From Verrucomicrobiota bacterium (lineage in GTDB: Bacteria > Verrucomicrobiota > Verrucomicrobiia > Limisphaerales > UBA1412): DNA of 33,628 bases. The stretch is from NCBI GenBank assembly GCA_017557085.1, contig JAFZAR010000297.1, positions 1 to 33,628 of the forward strand, written 5' to 3'. The notes beneath the pieces were generated by a model. The model had not been told where the DNA came from and made no database searches. It saw only the letters and a program-made list of their open reading frames with translations. The position numbers were made by a program, and so were the translations under genes. Below, piece after piece: positions 33,290-33,628 of this stretch (position 1 is the first letter of the stretch; each line of letters begins with the position of its first letter).

Positions 33290-33365
33290 TGGAGCCCACA
33301 ACCAGGCTTGAACTGGTGACCTCATCCTTACCAAGGATGTGCTCTACCGACTGAGCTATGTAGGC
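33290..33365 (-). tRNA. tRNA-Thr (anticodon GGU), CCA encoded
   Basis: Reverse complement: GCCTACATAGCTCAGTCGGTAGAGCACATCCTTGGTAAGGATGAGGTCACCAGTTCAAGCCTGGTTGTGGGCTCCA. It forms a clean cloverleaf with anticodon loop TTGGTAA. Confidence 0.9.
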
Positions 33366-33383
33366 ATCCGTGAACGCCAAAAA

Positions 33384-33468
33384 TGGTACTCGGAGGGGGA
33401 CTTGAACCCCCAAGGATTGCTCCATATGGACCTCAACCATACGCGTCTGCCAGTTCCGCCATCCGAGC
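33384..33468 (-). tRNA. tRNA-Leu (anticodon GAG), class II, CCA encoded
   Basis: Reverse complement: GCTCGGATGGCGGAACTGGCAGACGCGTATGGTTGAGGTCCATATGGAGCAATCCTTGGGGGTTCAAGTCCCCCTCCGAGTACCA. The anticodon stem is TATGG/CCATA, the loop is TTGAGGT, and there is a long variable arm. Confidence 0.85.
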
Positions 33469-33513
33469 ACGTGTTTCCGTCTCACTGCCGAGCGGCAAGT
33501 GAAACAGAGTTAT

Positions 33514-33541
33514 AATATAGCTGTTTCCTCCAGCTTTGCAA
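33514..33541 (-). promoter_or_regulatory. Candidate sigma70-type promoter for the tRNA-Leu / tRNA-Thr / tuf transcription unit
   Basis: The minus strand reads TTGCAA (33541..33536), a 16-nt spacer, then TATATT (33519..33514). An alternative reading is an 18-nt spacer with TATTAT. It sits just downstream of a terminator-like element and about 45 nt upstream of tRNA-Leu. This is pattern match only. Confidence 0.45.
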
Positions 33542-33562
33542 CCTCGAAAACGACTTTTTTTC

Positions 33563-33589
33563 AAAAAAAACCGGTCATTTTCGCACCGG
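33563..33589 (-). terminator. Short hairpin plus U8 after the upstream (partial) tRNA
   Basis: The minus strand reads CCGGU-gcgaaaaug-ACCGG followed immediately by UUUUUUUU (33570..33563). The stem is only 5 bp. Confidence 0.35.
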
Positions 33590-33602
33590 AGAGCAAAAAA
33601 AG

Positions 33603-33628
33603 TGGTGGGTTGACCGGGGCTCGAACCC
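33603..33628 (-). tRNA. 3' end of a tRNA (T-arm, acceptor 3' strand, discriminator A, CCA); identity not determinable
   Basis: Reverse complement: GGGTTCGAGCCCCGGTCAACCCACCA, which is a T-loop TTCGAGC, T-stem CCCGG, acceptor TCAACCC, then A and CCA. The rest lies beyond the window end. Confidence 0.6.

Noticed and set aside
33240-33485. 81-aa minus-strand ORF upstream of tuf.
   Set aside because: It is composed almost entirely of the tRNA-Thr and tRNA-Leu genes read as protein.

Overview
This 33.6-kb window is core housekeeping DNA, and every credible gene lies on the minus strand. In transcription order (high to low coordinates) it holds:
- a partial tRNA, tRNA-Leu(GAG) and tRNA-Thr(GGU);
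- tuf, tRNA-Trp(CCA), tRNA-Ser(UGA), secE and nusG;
- rplK-rplA-rplJ-rplL, rpoB-rpoC and rpsL-rpsG-fusA;
- the S10 block (rpsJ-rplC-rplD-rplW-rplB-rpsS-rplV-rpsC-rplP-rpmC-rpsQ);
- the spc block (rplN-rplX-rplE-rpsN-rpsH-rplF-rplR-rpsE-rplO-secY-map-infA-rpmJ);
- the alpha block (rpsM-rpsK-rpsD-rpoA-rplQ);
- thiD and the 5' part of priA, which runs off the window start.

That is 43 CDS and 5 tRNAs. Two CDS are absent from the supplied ORF track: rpmJ (too short) and priA (open at the window edge). All long plus-strand ORFs are antisense shadows of these genes.

I found no CRISPR array, mobile element, defence gene or accessory island, and I do not think the window contains a novel multi-gene system.

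The points worth a second look are lineage-specific oddities in conserved components:
- EF-Tu has a non-canonical switch I / G2 segment and a GKS P-loop.
- The IF-1 orthologue is strongly diverged and roughly charge-neutral.
- S11 carries an N-terminal K/A/E/P-rich extension of about 98 aa.
- L17 has an insertion and a tail, and RpoB has an acidic C-terminal tail.
- A canonical intrinsic terminator sits between rpsG and fusA.
- The rplL-rpoB spacer is long (341 nt), AT-rich and structured.
- rpmD (L30), adk and an rplJ leader are absent.

All stems, spacers and alignments were counted by eye. No folding energies or database searches were run, and I cannot name the organism from the sequence alone.
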